DNA of 61,599 nucleotides from a virus. Lineage: Duplodnaviria; Caudoviricetes. Shown here one piece after another: positions 9,877-19,134 of this stretch (position 1 is its first letter; each line of letters begins with the position of its first letter). Under the pieces are notes generated by a model, which ran no database searches, had not been told where the DNA came from, and saw only the letters and a program-made list of their open reading frames with translations. The position numbers and the translations under genes are program-made. The DNA lies in IMG/VR virus record IMGVR_UViG_3300006030_000002, positions 1 to 61,599 of that record, one strand, 5' to 3'.

Positions 9877-11823
9877 TCAAGCATTTGCGCGGGTGCGTAC
9901 GAAGAAAAACCCAAAAGTTGCCGTTGACCCAAAAGTGTTCGTCCACCGATATCCATTCACGCTAGATTGATATGCAAGCGTTCCAACTTGAGCAATAACG
10001 GAACTTACCGCAAGTGTGCTGCCGCCACCACAAATGTATATTGTTACACCACCATTGTTAAAATTATTAACAACAAGCATACCGGAGGCGGTTGAAAAAT
10101 CTACTGTTCCATTATTAGCAATTGAAGTTGCGCCACCATCTACGTCAATTGTGTATGATCCCGGCGCTTGTGTTATTCGGACGTTGCCGGAGGTGTCAAT
10201 CCTCATGCGCTCGGTGCCAGCAGGCTCAAACGTAATTGCTGCACCAGTTTTAGAACGCAACCCAAGGACTGAAGAACCAAAGATTAAATGATCTCCGTTT
10301 GTTGCTCTGTCGCTGTTTCCAAGCCGAAGTGCAGAGTATCCACTTGCGTTGGGGTTGTTAATAAACTCCCCAATTTCACCAGCAAAATTCTTTTCTAAGT
10401 GAAGCAAAGCAGCGGGCGAACTTGTCCCGATCCCGACGTTGCCGGAGGAGTCGATACGCATCCTCTCAGACCCGGCGGTTTCAAAAATCATATTGCTAGA
10501 ACCTTCGCCATAAATCGACGATTTTTTGGTTCCGCCAATGTTGAAATCGACGCGGCTGTAACTCGCGCCATTGATTGTCAAACAGGTCTGACTGCCGTAA
10601 CTATTGGGCGTCCCGCCAATCCCGAAGTTGCCGGAGGAGTCAAACCGTGCATACTCTGAAGAGTAGCCTTCAAACGCCAAATAGCCGTTGGCAGTAACCG
10701 CAGCGTTGAACGCGGAAATCCTCATGCCACCGGCAGTATTGCCGTTGGATATGTCTAGGACGCCATTGCTGCCCGATGTCCTTGTGCTGCCGCCTGATAC
10801 ATGAAGTTTTGTGTTTGGCGAACTCGTCCCAATGCCGACGTTGCCGCCGTTAGGGTTCAGCAGTAATGAATAGTTAGTTGCTAGATTCCCCGTGTCAGTA
10901 GACTGAATCCATGCGTAGTCGCCGCCGTTTGTTCCAAAGTCAAGGCACGAAGTAAAGGTAGTGCCACGCAGGCGAAGCAGCCCATATGTTTGCGTTGTGC
11001 CGGAAGTTTGTGGAGCGCCCCCTGTTTGGGCTCCCTGAATAACTGTGCGAACTCCGTCGAATGTACTCGTCCCAATCCCCACATCCCCGGAGTTATTAAT
11101 GTACAGACGTGTTGCGCTGTTGCTAATGTCGTAGATGTAAAAGCCGGTGTTGGTGTAGTCGTAGGAAACGCGAAACTTGTTGGTGACTACACCGCTCTGC
11201 CGATACGCCCAGATAACCGAGGTGTCTTGGTACGAAGTTGAAACGCGCAGTGAATCGCCAAAGAACGGAGTTATGTCCAGCGCACAAGTCGGGCTGCTCT
11301 GGTTGATGCCAAAGTTAGTCCCGTCGTAATACATGTTGCTAGAAGAGAACGTTCCAGACCCACTGCTGTAATAAGGGACGATGTTCCCCGTAAAGAATGT
11401 TTGCCCGGTGCCGCCATTAGCTACAGGCAAAGTACCAGTCACACCGGTAGAAAGAGGCAGTCCCGTTGCGTTGGTAAGTGTGCCGGAAGAAGGGGTACCG
11501 AGCGGGCCACCATCGTAGATAGCTTTGCTGGACGGGTACGTAACAAACACGTCCTTAGTGCCCGCCGTAAATACGACTTTATTACCAGAGTTGCTGGAAG
11601 ACAGCACCGTGTCTCTGGAGAGCGTCGTACCCGACGAAGTGTACGTACCAATACCAACTTCCCACTCGCTGGTAGTCTGCCCCGCAATACAGTAGTACGT
11701 GGTGTTTCCGTTGCCGATAGCGGCAAAAGACTGATACCCGAGAGACGCACCAAGAAGCGTAACCGTGCCGTTACCGGTCGTAGTGGTAGTTTCTTTTACA
11801 CGATCTGCGATTACGAAGGCCAT
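9877..11823 (-). CDS. tail fiber protein
   Basis: 648 aa; ADRVKETTTTTG N-terminus; repeated (ERM)RIDSSGNVGIGT units. Confidence 0.8.
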   Translation of the reverse strand: MAFVIADRVKETTTTTGNGTVTLLGASLGYQSFAAIGNGNTTYYCIAGQTTSEWEVGIGTYTSSGTTLSRDTVLSSSNSGNKVVFTAGTKDVFVTYPSSKAIYDGGPLGTPSSGTLTNATGLPLSTGVTGTLPVANGGTGQTFFTGNIVPYYSSGSGTFSSSNMYYDGTNFGINQSSPTCALDITPFFGDSLRVSTSYQDTSVIWAYRQSGVVTNKFRVSYDYTNTGFYIYDISNSATRLYINNSGDVGIGTSTFDGVRTVIQGAQTGGAPQTSGTTQTYGLLRLRGTTFTSCLDFGTNGGDYAWIQSTDTGNLATNYSLLLNPNGGNVGIGTSSPNTKLHVSGGSTRTSGSNGVLDISNGNTAGGMRISAFNAAVTANGYLAFEGYSSEYARFDSSGNFGIGGTPNSYGSQTCLTINGASYSRVDFNIGGTKKSSIYGEGSSNMIFETAGSERMRIDSSGNVGIGTSSPAALLHLEKNFAGEIGEFINNPNASGYSALRLGNSDRATNGDHLIFGSSVLGLRSKTGAAITFEPAGTERMRIDTSGNVRITQAPGSYTIDVDGGATSIANNGTVDFSTASGMLVVNNFNNGGVTIYICGGGSTLAVSSVIAQVGTLAYQSSVNGYRWTNTFGSTATFGFFFVRTRANA

Positions 11824-11830
11824 AGTTTCC

Positions 11831-12985
11831 TCACACCATCATTTCTACGTCTTCCCAATTCGGGCTTTGATCAGTATCGATAATCTGCCAAGTTGGAGTT
11901 TGCGCAGTGTTTATGATATTCCAATTCGGGTTCTGGCTGTCATCAATAAGCGTCCAGTAGGCGACCCCAAACGCATTTACTTCCCCACGAGCCTGCACCC
12001 CTGTGAGCGACACCAACCTCGGCCCCACAGCAACACTACCAACCGCCCCAGTAGCCGGTACCCCAGTCAGGTTGACTACTTTGGTAAAGACAACCGATCC
12101 AACCGCCCCCGACGCCGCTACCCCCGTCAAGGCAACAGTCAGATTGGCCCCTACAGTTCCAACTTCTCCATACCCAGCATTACCACTAATCCCGAACGCT
12201 TTGCCTACGTTCCCAACTTCACCGGAGGCAACCACCCCCGTCAACCCAACGCTGAAAGCCGATTTGACCGTACCCGACAGCCCAGAGGCCAGCACCCCCG
12301 ACAAGAACTGCTCAAACGCCGCATCAACCGACCCAACCGCACCGGACGCGCCCACTCCGGTCAGGGCTATAAACCGTTCACCAACCGCAACAGACCCAAC
12401 CTGACCAGCCGCCTCAACCCCAGCCAGCGGGATCTGCGGGTTTGCTGTAACGCTGCCAACCGCGCCAGAAGAATCAACTCCAGTTATAGAAACCGTATGG
12501 ACTGGAGTTACAGTGCCTACATAAAGATCTGCGTGATTCCCGTATAACGTGGTGTTGGGGAAAATACTTTCATCCCCGACAAACCCTTCCGCAGAGGCGC
12601 TGGTCAGCGCGGGAGCGATTGTTACGTTGGTGATTGACCCAACGGCCCCTGACGCCGAAACCCCAGAAACAGACTGGGTGGGGTTAGCTACCGCATTACC
12701 AACTTCACCAGCCGCCGCAACCCCGGTCAGAGCTACCGTAAGCGAGGCAGTTACTGAACCAACCGCACCCGAAGCAACAACACCCGTTACGTTTTGGGGG
12801 AAAGCAAAATTAACGCTACCAACCGCACCAGAAGCGCCGACACCAGTCAGGGCAACAGTGCGCGACTGGGTTACTGAACCAACGGCTTCAGTAGAAGAAA
12901 CCCCCGTTAGGGCGACATCAACCGGTGCCCCTCCCGCAAGAGAGGCAAACGGAGCGCCCGAGAACGGAGCTATTCCAAACGTCAT
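11831..12985 (-). CDS. repetitive tail structural protein
   Basis: 384 aa built from ~20-aa LTGVxASGAVGSV repeats. Confidence 0.65.
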   Translation of the reverse strand: MTFGIAPFSGAPFASLAGGAPVDVALTGVSSTEAVGSVTQSRTVALTGVGASGAVGSVNFAFPQNVTGVVASGAVGSVTASLTVALTGVAAAGEVGNAVANPTQSVSGVSASGAVGSITNVTIAPALTSASAEGFVGDESIFPNTTLYGNHADLYVGTVTPVHTVSITGVDSSGAVGSVTANPQIPLAGVEAAGQVGSVAVGERFIALTGVGASGAVGSVDAAFEQFLSGVLASGLSGTVKSAFSVGLTGVVASGEVGNVGKAFGISGNAGYGEVGTVGANLTVALTGVAASGAVGSVVFTKVVNLTGVPATGAVGSVAVGPRLVSLTGVQARGEVNAFGVAYWTLIDDSQNPNWNIINTAQTPTWQIIDTDQSPNWEDVEMMV

Positions 12986-13016
12986 AGCTACTCAGCGGGC
13001 ATAGCCCGCCGCCTTA

Positions 13017-13475
13017 TCAGGTTGTAGCCAGACGCAGGAGCGCGTTCGTCGTGTTGTTGGTGGGCATGGTCAGAGTGAACGTCCCCGCAGTGATCGTCTG
13101 CGAACCGAACGTGTGCACGCTGACAGCCTTGTCCGACTTGCTGGAGTTATAGATCAACACCGCATCAAACGGCGTAGTCAACGTCACGTTGGTATACGTG
13201 ATCGAAGCGGAAGGAGTCCAGTACGCCACACCAGCCGTAGCCGAAGTATTGGTCGAGAGCGGAGAAGTTCCGTTCGTAACCGCTACACCACCAGCCGTGT
13301 AGTTAGTCCCAGTTACTTCACCAGACGTGGAATAAACAGTCGTAGCGGCGTTGTACGTAGCAGAAGCCTCATACAGTGCAGCTTTGAACGTGTCACCAGT
13401 ACCAGTCGTAAAATCATGCGTGGCAGTCAAAAGCTGCTGCATGAAGGAAGTGCACATGCTTTGGGTATTCGCCAC
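13017..13475 (-). CDS. tail structural protein, paralog of 13684..14130
   Basis: TSFMQQLL.ATHDF...DTFKAALY...AVLIYNSS. Confidence 0.65.
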   Translation of the reverse strand: MANTQSMCTSFMQQLLTATHDFTTGTGDTFKAALYEASATYNAATTVYSTSGEVTGTNYTAGGVAVTNGTSPLSTNTSATAGVAYWTPSASITYTNVTLTTPFDAVLIYNSSKSDKAVSVHTFGSQTITAGTFTLTMPTNNTTNALLRLATT

Positions 13476-13489
13476 AGTAATCTCCTTTA

Positions 13490-13684
13490 CTAACCAATCG
13501 AAGCCGCTTCAGCAAACAGCGGCGGAACTTTTTTCAGGGTCACATGTGCCGAACGATGCACAAGCTCTCCTTCATGCCAATATTCAACCCAAGTCGTAAA
13601 CTCATTCTCGTTATCGACGACCCCTTCTTTCTTTTCCAGAAGAGCCTCGTCCATCTGACCTTTGGTGGTGTTAACCAGAGCCAT
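13490..13684 (-). CDS. hypothetical protein
   Basis: 64 aa; translationally coupled in the tail operon. Confidence 0.6.
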   Translation of the reverse strand: MALVNTTKGQMDEALLEKKEGVVDNENEFTTWVEYWHEGELVHRSAHVTLKKVPPLFAEAASIG

Positions 13685-14130
13685 TAAGAAATCCTAACGA
13701 TAGCGTCGTTGGCCGTAACAGCCGGGAACGTAATTGTAAATGTTTGGTTTACTACAGTCTTGTCCGAACCAAAATTAAGCACCGCCACCGACTTGTTGCC
13801 TTGGGTCTGGTTGTAGATCAAAGCACCACGGGCAATAAACGTAGCCCCCGCCCACACCGCCGGGTCAAACGAAATGTAGGCAGTCGGCACCTGCTGGTTA
13901 TTAATCCCAGAAGTCGGCGTTTGGGAAATCGTAAGTGCAATCCCCCCAGCCACATACCCCGTGCCAGTCACCTCGTTATCCGTCGTATATGCAGTAGTGC
14001 TCGGACCAAGCGCGGCATTACCCGTATACAAGGCAATCTTGAACGTATCTGCCCCAGTCGGGCCAAAGTTGTGCACCGCCTGAAGAAGCTCGACTTTGAA
14101 GCTGGTAGTGGCTGTTTGGAACAGTGCCAT
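13684..14130 (-). CDS. tail structural protein
   Basis: TSFKVELLQAVHNF...DTFKIALY...GALIYNQT. Confidence 0.65.
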   Translation of the reverse strand: MALFQTATTSFKVELLQAVHNFGPTGADTFKIALYTGNAALGPSTTAYTTDNEVTGTGYVAGGIALTISQTPTSGINNQQVPTAYISFDPAVWAGATFIARGALIYNQTQGNKSVAVLNFGSDKTVVNQTFTITFPAVTANDAIVRIS

Positions 14131-14131
14131 A

Positions 14132-14848
14132 TCAAGTCACTTTAATCTTTACCTGCCCGTCACGGTACGCATCTCCGCGCTCCATGCCGTCACCAAGGCG
14201 CTTCGCAAGCCCCAATGCTTCTTTGTATTTGGCGTCATAGAACGCCATAACATCTTGCTCGCCTTTCATGTAGGTGTACGCCTCAACAAGTGACCCGTAG
14301 AGCAGCACCGAATCAAAGTTATCACCCAGCCAAGAAGACCCCGCCGTCACGATGGACTCGGGGTAATAGTAATAATGAAGCTCCAACTTGTAGTTACCGT
14401 TTGGCGTCGGCCCGAGAAGGAAAGTCAGTTCGTTGGTAATCGTAGAACCACTAATTGCGGGGCCGAACAGCGCATAGTACCGGGGAACACCAGTATCGTC
14501 GGGGGTCGGGAACGACTGGCGGATGAAGTTCACATCCTTGTTCAACAGGTACTCATAGGTGCCGGTATCAATATCACCACCCGTCACGTCGGTAACAACA
14601 GCAAACGAGTACGCCGCCAGAAAATCATTCGGTGCAGCAACGTACTTGTTGTTGGTTGTCGTAGTGCCAACCATGTTTTTACGCAAAGACGGGAACTGCA
14701 CCGTGTTATAGATGCGCTGTTCGGCCTGACGAATAAACCGGTTGATTTGTTCGGTCGTGGTGTCCTGCGACCCATCAGAAAGGTCGAAAGCCGGAAAGTT
14801 GTTTTCCGTATACGACTGAATTGAATCAAAAAGTTCGGTGTAGTTCAT
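14132..14848 (-). CDS. head-tail adaptor / tail tubular-like protein
   Basis: 238 aa; FIRQAEQRI...GPTP...LLYGSLVEAY pattern; position in operon. Confidence 0.6.
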   Translation of the reverse strand: MNYTELFDSIQSYTENNFPAFDLSDGSQDTTTEQINRFIRQAEQRIYNTVQFPSLRKNMVGTTTTNNKYVAAPNDFLAAYSFAVVTDVTGGDIDTGTYEYLLNKDVNFIRQSFPTPDDTGVPRYYALFGPAISGSTITNELTFLLGPTPNGNYKLELHYYYYPESIVTAGSSWLGDNFDSVLLYGSLVEAYTYMKGEQDVMAFYDAKYKEALGLAKRLGDGMERGDAYRDGQVKIKVT

Positions 14849-14866
14849 TCGTCAGTTCCGGGTTTT

Positions 14867-15127
14867 TTACGCCATCGGGCCACGAGCCATAGTGCCCTTG
14901 GTAGCGGCACCGGTACCACGGATCTTGATCCCGGTCGTTTTAGCTTCCGGGCTGTATCCTTCACGATCAATGTTGCCAACCGACATGTTGACGGAGTTGG
15001 CTTTGGTAGGCTCGGCTTGGTAGCCGTTGCAAATATCTACCTTGCCACCTTCCATTGTGTGCGGCTTGGCATACACTTCGGCAGCACCAACTTCCTTGCC
15101 GCCAACCTTCTTGCTGAATTTAGCCAT
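14867..15127 (-). CDS. small basic Lys/Gly-rich protein
   Basis: 86 aa; GGAG RBS; ends RGTGAATKGTMARGPMA. Confidence 0.65.
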   Translation of the reverse strand: MAKFSKKVGGKEVGAAEVYAKPHTMEGGKVDICNGYQAEPTKANSVNMSVGNIDREGYSPEAKTTGIKIRGTGAATKGTMARGPMA

Positions 15128-15129
15128 GA

Positions 15130-15312
15130 TTACTTGCTCCGGCCAGACTTCTTGTAGGTGAACGAAGAGATCTTCTGGTTGGCAACCTTTGCCAGACCAC
15201 GGCCCAGCTTCTTCATGTCAGCGTTAGTCTTGCCACCCTTACGCAGCTTGGTCAGCGGCTTGCCGGGGTGCATCGCCTTTTCGTGCTTGTGCACGGCTTT
15301 CTTGGCATCCAT
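15130..15312 (-). CDS. small basic protein
   Basis: 60 aa; AAGGAG RBS. Confidence 0.65.
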   Translation of the reverse strand: MDAKKAVHKHEKAMHPGKPLTKLRKGGKTNADMKKLGRGLAKVANQKISSFTYKKSGRSK

Positions 15313-15323
15313 GTCTTACTCCT

Positions 15324-15755
15324 TCAAGTTGTACTAACTGTTACGTTACCGATCTGGGCTTGCAGGATCAGGTAGTTAGGCGTCAATGCGGAGTCAAACT
15401 CCCTCGCCCCACCCACCGGACCCCAACCCCACTGAAACACCCGGCTACCACCTTCCGGCGTACCGGTTTGATTCTCTGCGATACCCACCGTGTCCAGCAC
15501 CTGCAACCCGTTCAGACCAGACTGCTGGTAGCTCACATCTGGACGCGGCTCCCGCAACGCTTGCGGGTCATACACCGGGTACATACCAAGCTGCAACTGC
15601 GGTTGATCGGGTTCCCAGCACTCCGGGCAAACTTTGATGCTAACCAGCTTCGTCTTGATCGTCAGCTTCTTTAGTTCCTTCAGCTTGTACCTCTGCCCGC
15701 AGCGGTCACACTCCGCGATAGCGTACTTGCCAGAAGCAAACTTAGGACCAGCCAT
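15324..15755 (-). CDS. CxxC-CxxC zinc-binding virion-region protein
   Basis: ECDRCG...VCPECWEPDQPQL. Confidence 0.6.
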   Translation of the reverse strand: MAGPKFASGKYAIAECDRCGQRYKLKELKKLTIKTKLVSIKVCPECWEPDQPQLQLGMYPVYDPQALREPRPDVSYQQSGLNGLQVLDTVGIAENQTGTPEGGSRVFQWGWGPVGGAREFDSALTPNYLILQAQIGNVTVSTT

Positions 15756-15757
15756 GA

Positions 15758-16687
15758 TCAGCTATAAAACAACACACGTGGTACGTAACGGTTAGCAGCC
15801 TTCTCGCGGTCTTCTTCAGACGCAAGCAACCATTGTTTCTCGTACTCAGCCTGCAACATCGGAATACGTCCGGGGTCCACGTTCGGCAGCTTGGCAGACA
15901 ACTTATACGCCAACCCCGCAATCATGCACTCAAGGAACCGGAACGGAATGTCCTGATCCTTCACCCCAGTACCCGTATCTTGAACGCGCCGCATGCGCCA
16001 GTACACAAACGTGTAATACGGATTGCCCACCGAACCCTGATCCGGCATCGGCCAGATGTTGATGTTTGGCAGGTTTTGAAGCGTTATCGTCGCCCCAGCA
16101 CTGTGGGAGGTAGCCGTCGTACCATGCGCACCGCGCCCGCAATACACCAGATCGGTGCCGTTAATAGCCGAATAAGCAATCGTCTCGTTGTCGATCTTGA
16201 TGAACCCAGCGGACGGAAGCTGCCCGATCCCCGTAATGGGAATCGTCGTAATCGTGCTGTCAATGTTGGAAGTCAGCGTTGCCGTAGTGGCGTTTGACTG
16301 CCCGGACTGACGGTTGATCCAAACCTGAATCGGACGCCCGGAAGCGTTCTTGTTGGGAATCGTGGAGTACGTGGACTCGCTGATCCGGTTGATGTTGATG
16401 TCAGTCTGGTTTTGCCCCACGCCCGTGCGCGTGACCTGATCGAGCAGGTCAATGGTGTCAACAGGAAGCGCGTAAATAGACTGGTTGGGGTACAGCGGGA
16501 TCTGCCCCTGCTCAATCGTCCACAGGTTGATACCCCGGTTTGCCCACTCAATCGCAAGCAAATTGAGGCTGCGCCGCGCCGTACGGAAATCATAGCCCGT
16601 GCGCAGTTCTTGGCCGCAGCGCTCGAACGCCTCTTCCACGATGTCATTAACATCTAGGTTGAAAACTGAGGTGCCGGTGGTGGTCAT
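15758..16687 (-). CDS. putative head-to-tail connector protein
   Basis: 309 aa; IVEEAFERCG...ARRSLNLL..EWANRG; carries an inserted beta domain. Confidence 0.6.
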   Translation of the reverse strand: MTTTGTSVFNLDVNDIVEEAFERCGQELRTGYDFRTARRSLNLLAIEWANRGINLWTIEQGQIPLYPNQSIYALPVDTIDLLDQVTRTGVGQNQTDININRISESTYSTIPNKNASGRPIQVWINRQSGQSNATTATLTSNIDSTITTIPITGIGQLPSAGFIKIDNETIAYSAINGTDLVYCGRGAHGTTATSHSAGATITLQNLPNINIWPMPDQGSVGNPYYTFVYWRMRRVQDTGTGVKDQDIPFRFLECMIAGLAYKLSAKLPNVDPGRIPMLQAEYEKQWLLASEEDREKAANRYVPRVLFYS

Positions 16688-16923
16688 TACCTAAACCTCG
16701 CTGTCTTCTTTGCTATGCCCTTGGGCTGTGCTACGAATTGCTTCCCTTTAGCTTTGCCAGCACGTTTCGCACGCGTTGTCGCAGCGTATTCAGAAGCGCT
16801 GAGACTTTTAATCGCAGCTTCTGGAAGATATCTTTCACCCGTGTCAGAAGATCGTTTACCACTTTTAGTCCTCCATTTTTGGGCAGTCCAGTTCTTGAGG
16901 GACTGTTGCGGGTTCTTAGCCAC
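16687..16923 (-). CDS. small basic conserved phage protein
   Basis: GTG at 16923; QQSLKNWTAQKWRTKSGK...TGERYLP. Confidence 0.65.
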   Translation of the reverse strand: MAKNPQQSLKNWTAQKWRTKSGKRSSDTGERYLPEAAIKSLSASEYAATTRAKRAGKAKGKQFVAQPKGIAKKTARFR

Positions 16924-17200
16924 GATACCCGCCGCCTTTTGCTTTGTACTGCTTTGCCAGCAACTGGGCCTTCCTCGCGGACCACTGACCCGCCTTGGTG
17001 CCCTGCACAGCGCGAGACTTGATTGATTCAAACAAAGACTTCCGCATGCCCGGCTTGGTGTAGACACCAGCCTGATTGACCTTGGAAACCTTGCCGCCCT
17101 CCTTGTACTGCGTGAAGTCGGTATTGTCCCTACGGGCCTTTTTCTTGGCACCGGGCATTTTGGACGGGCTGATATCACCCATCCCGCGAGAAGCCATCAT
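16916..17200 (-). CDS. small basic protein
   Basis: 94 aa; GQWSARKAQLLAKQYKAKGGGY. Confidence 0.65.
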   Translation of the reverse strand: MMASRGMGDISPSKMPGAKKKARRDNTDFTQYKEGGKVSKVNQAGVYTKPGMRKSLFESIKSRAVQGTKAGQWSARKAQLLAKQYKAKGGGYRG

Positions 17201-17463
17201 ACGAACCTACCCCTAGTCTTACCCTTCTTGGCGATACCGTCTGCACGCTTGGAAGCGGAAGAAGCCTTGGCTTTAACTTTTCCGCCTTTTTTCATGCCGG
17301 GAGCACCCATGGAAGCCATGCCAGCCTCTTGCATTTGCTTGCGTTTTTTCTCTTCTTCGCTTTCCGCACGTTTATCATCACGGTACTCTTTATATAAATT
17401 ATATAAAGACGGAATTGCCCCACCAAATAACGGCATAAATTTTTTAATGTTGTCGTCCATCAC
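17197..17463 (-). CDS. small basic protein
   Basis: 88 aa; ends ASKRADGIAKKGKTRGRFV. Confidence 0.6.
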   Translation of the reverse strand: MMDDNIKKFMPLFGGAIPSLYNLYKEYRDDKRAESEEEKKRKQMQEAGMASMGAPGMKKGGKVKAKASSASKRADGIAKKGKTRGRFV

Positions 17464-17888
17464 ACAATCCTCCCCTTCGTCTTACCGCGCATGGCACAGC
17501 CATCGGCACGCTTGGAAGCGGAACCAACCTTGCCGCCTTTCTTGTACCCCAACTGTTTTCTAGCTTCATCATCCATCGGGGCCACAAGGCTGTCCATGTA
17601 GCTGCCTTTTTTCATCCGCTCAAACAGATGACCCCCGTAGGCCATTTTCTTTACTTTTCCGCCCTTCTTGTACCCAGCGCCTTGATACGCCTCGTACTCA
17701 CGAGCAGCTTCGGGAACCGACTCCCGCATCTTCTTTGCAGCGCGAATATCATCCCGAGCGGACTTAGCCATCGTCGTGGAGATCTTGGAGAGGATGTCCT
17801 TCTCCCCTTCGATACCCTTCTGGTACATCCGACGAGACTGTTCCAGAGTTTCTTCCTCTTTCCGAGTCGGTTTCCGAATGTCAGCCAT
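17460..17888 (-). CDS. small basic protein
   Basis: ATG at 17888 after GGAG; ends ASKRADGCAMRGKTKGRIV. Confidence 0.6.
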   Translation of the reverse strand: MADIRKPTRKEEETLEQSRRMYQKGIEGEKDILSKISTTMAKSARDDIRAAKKMRESVPEAAREYEAYQGAGYKKGGKVKKMAYGGHLFERMKKGSYMDSLVAPMDDEARKQLGYKKGGKVGSASKRADGCAMRGKTKGRIV

Positions 17889-17897
17889 GTTCAACTC

Positions 17898-18365
17898 CTA
17901 GCAGGCGCGACCGCCCTTTTTCATGGTGATCATCTTGCCCTTGGTCTTGCCCTTGACGGCAACGCCATCACGGCTCGGGGCAGCGGTCTTGACCTTGCCC
18001 ATCGGGGTCATCGGGAACTTGCCCATCGCCTTGCCGCCTTTTTTCATGCCCTTCATTTCTTTCTCCTCGTGTTTGACCATGGACTTCGGGGCACCTTTCT
18101 TTTTCAGAAAGGCAAGTTCTTTCTTCTCCATCTTCATTTCTCCACCCTCCTTAAATAATTCCATCTTGCCGTGCTTCGTATCCGGCCTGTTTACTTTCTG
18201 AAGATCCGGGCGGCTTCTCATACCCCCCGAACCAAACTTGCGCCCCTTGTCGGCCTTCATAAACTCCTGACCCACCGACTGGGGAACACCAACACGCTTG
18301 GCTGCTTTCGGGTCATTGGCAACCATAGCCATCAAGTTATGCTGCTTTTGGGACTTGCTAGGCAT
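17898..18365 (-). CDS. small basic Lys/Met/Gly-rich protein
   Basis: 155 aa; MPSKSQKQHNLM...RDGVAVKGKTKGKM. Confidence 0.65.
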   Translation of the reverse strand: MPSKSQKQHNLMAMVANDPKAAKRVGVPQSVGQEFMKADKGRKFGSGGMRSRPDLQKVNRPDTKHGKMELFKEGGEMKMEKKELAFLKKKGAPKSMVKHEEKEMKGMKKGGKAMGKFPMTPMGKVKTAAPSRDGVAVKGKTKGKMITMKKGGRAC

Positions 18366-19126
18366 CAGCAGGTTGCTCCACCGCCAGCAGCACCCGAGCC
18401 ACCAGTAGCACCGTTGCCACCCGTAGCACCGTTACCACCAGCACCACCCGTGGTCGTGCCAGCACCACCCGTCCCACCACTGCCACCCACTGCGCCGTTA
18501 CCGCCCGTAGCGCCGTTACCACCAACCCCGCCAGTGCAAGTGCGGTTGTTGCTGTTGGTGTTCGTCGTAGTAGTTGTGGTCGTATTCGTGGTGTTGCTGT
18601 ACGAACCGTTGCCAATCACGCCCGTGCCGCTGAGAGTGATGTTGGGCTGCGGGGCTTGAATAAACCCGGCAATCGAAGCGTTGGAGTTGAAGCCAGCCGT
18701 CGCCGTGTTCTGAAGCGCGGTCAAACCGCCTGTGGCAATCGCAGCATAAGAGTTATGGGCTGCAATCGTAGTGTCCTTGTTATTGTTGCTCTGCGTCACC
18801 CCAAGCCGGTATCCAAAATACCCGGAGCCAAGATTAGTAACAGCAGGCATCAAAATACTTGCCCACTGAAGCATCTCGTTCTGCGGAGGTGCCGGGGGAG
18901 TAGCTTGGTTCTCGGACTTGACCATGGCAAGGGCCATGACAGCCGCCGTCCGGGCAGCAGGATCTTGGGAATTCTTGGCAATCTCGGCAATTGCTTCAAA
19001 ACGGGCCTTATCGGCAGCAGCACGCGACTCATGTGCGGCTTGGTGTGCGGCCAAGTACGACGTGTATTCCTTGGACGTTGCACATCCCGTCAATACAGCT
19101 AATCCTGCTACGGCAAGCACTCTCAT
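18365..19126 (-). CDS. predicted lipoprotein with Thr tract and GGNGATGG repeats
   Basis: AGGAG RBS; signal peptide MRVLAVAGLAVLTG-C (lipobox); PGRS-like Gly-rich C-terminus. Confidence 0.7.
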   Translation of the reverse strand: MRVLAVAGLAVLTGCATSKEYTSYLAAHQAAHESRAAADKARFEAIAEIAKNSQDPAARTAAVMALAMVKSENQATPPAPPQNEMLQWASILMPAVTNLGSGYFGYRLGVTQSNNNKDTTIAAHNSYAAIATGGLTALQNTATAGFNSNASIAGFIQAPQPNITLSGTGVIGNGSYSNTTNTTTTTTTNTNSNNRTCTGGVGGNGATGGNGAVGGSGGTGGAGTTTGGAGGNGATGGNGATGGSGAAGGGATC

Positions 19127-19134
19127 AAATTCTC

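Noticed and set aside
7018-11823. Diversity-generating retroelement or invertase shuffling of fibers
   Set aside because: No reverse transcriptase, invertase or adenine-specific TR/VR pair seen
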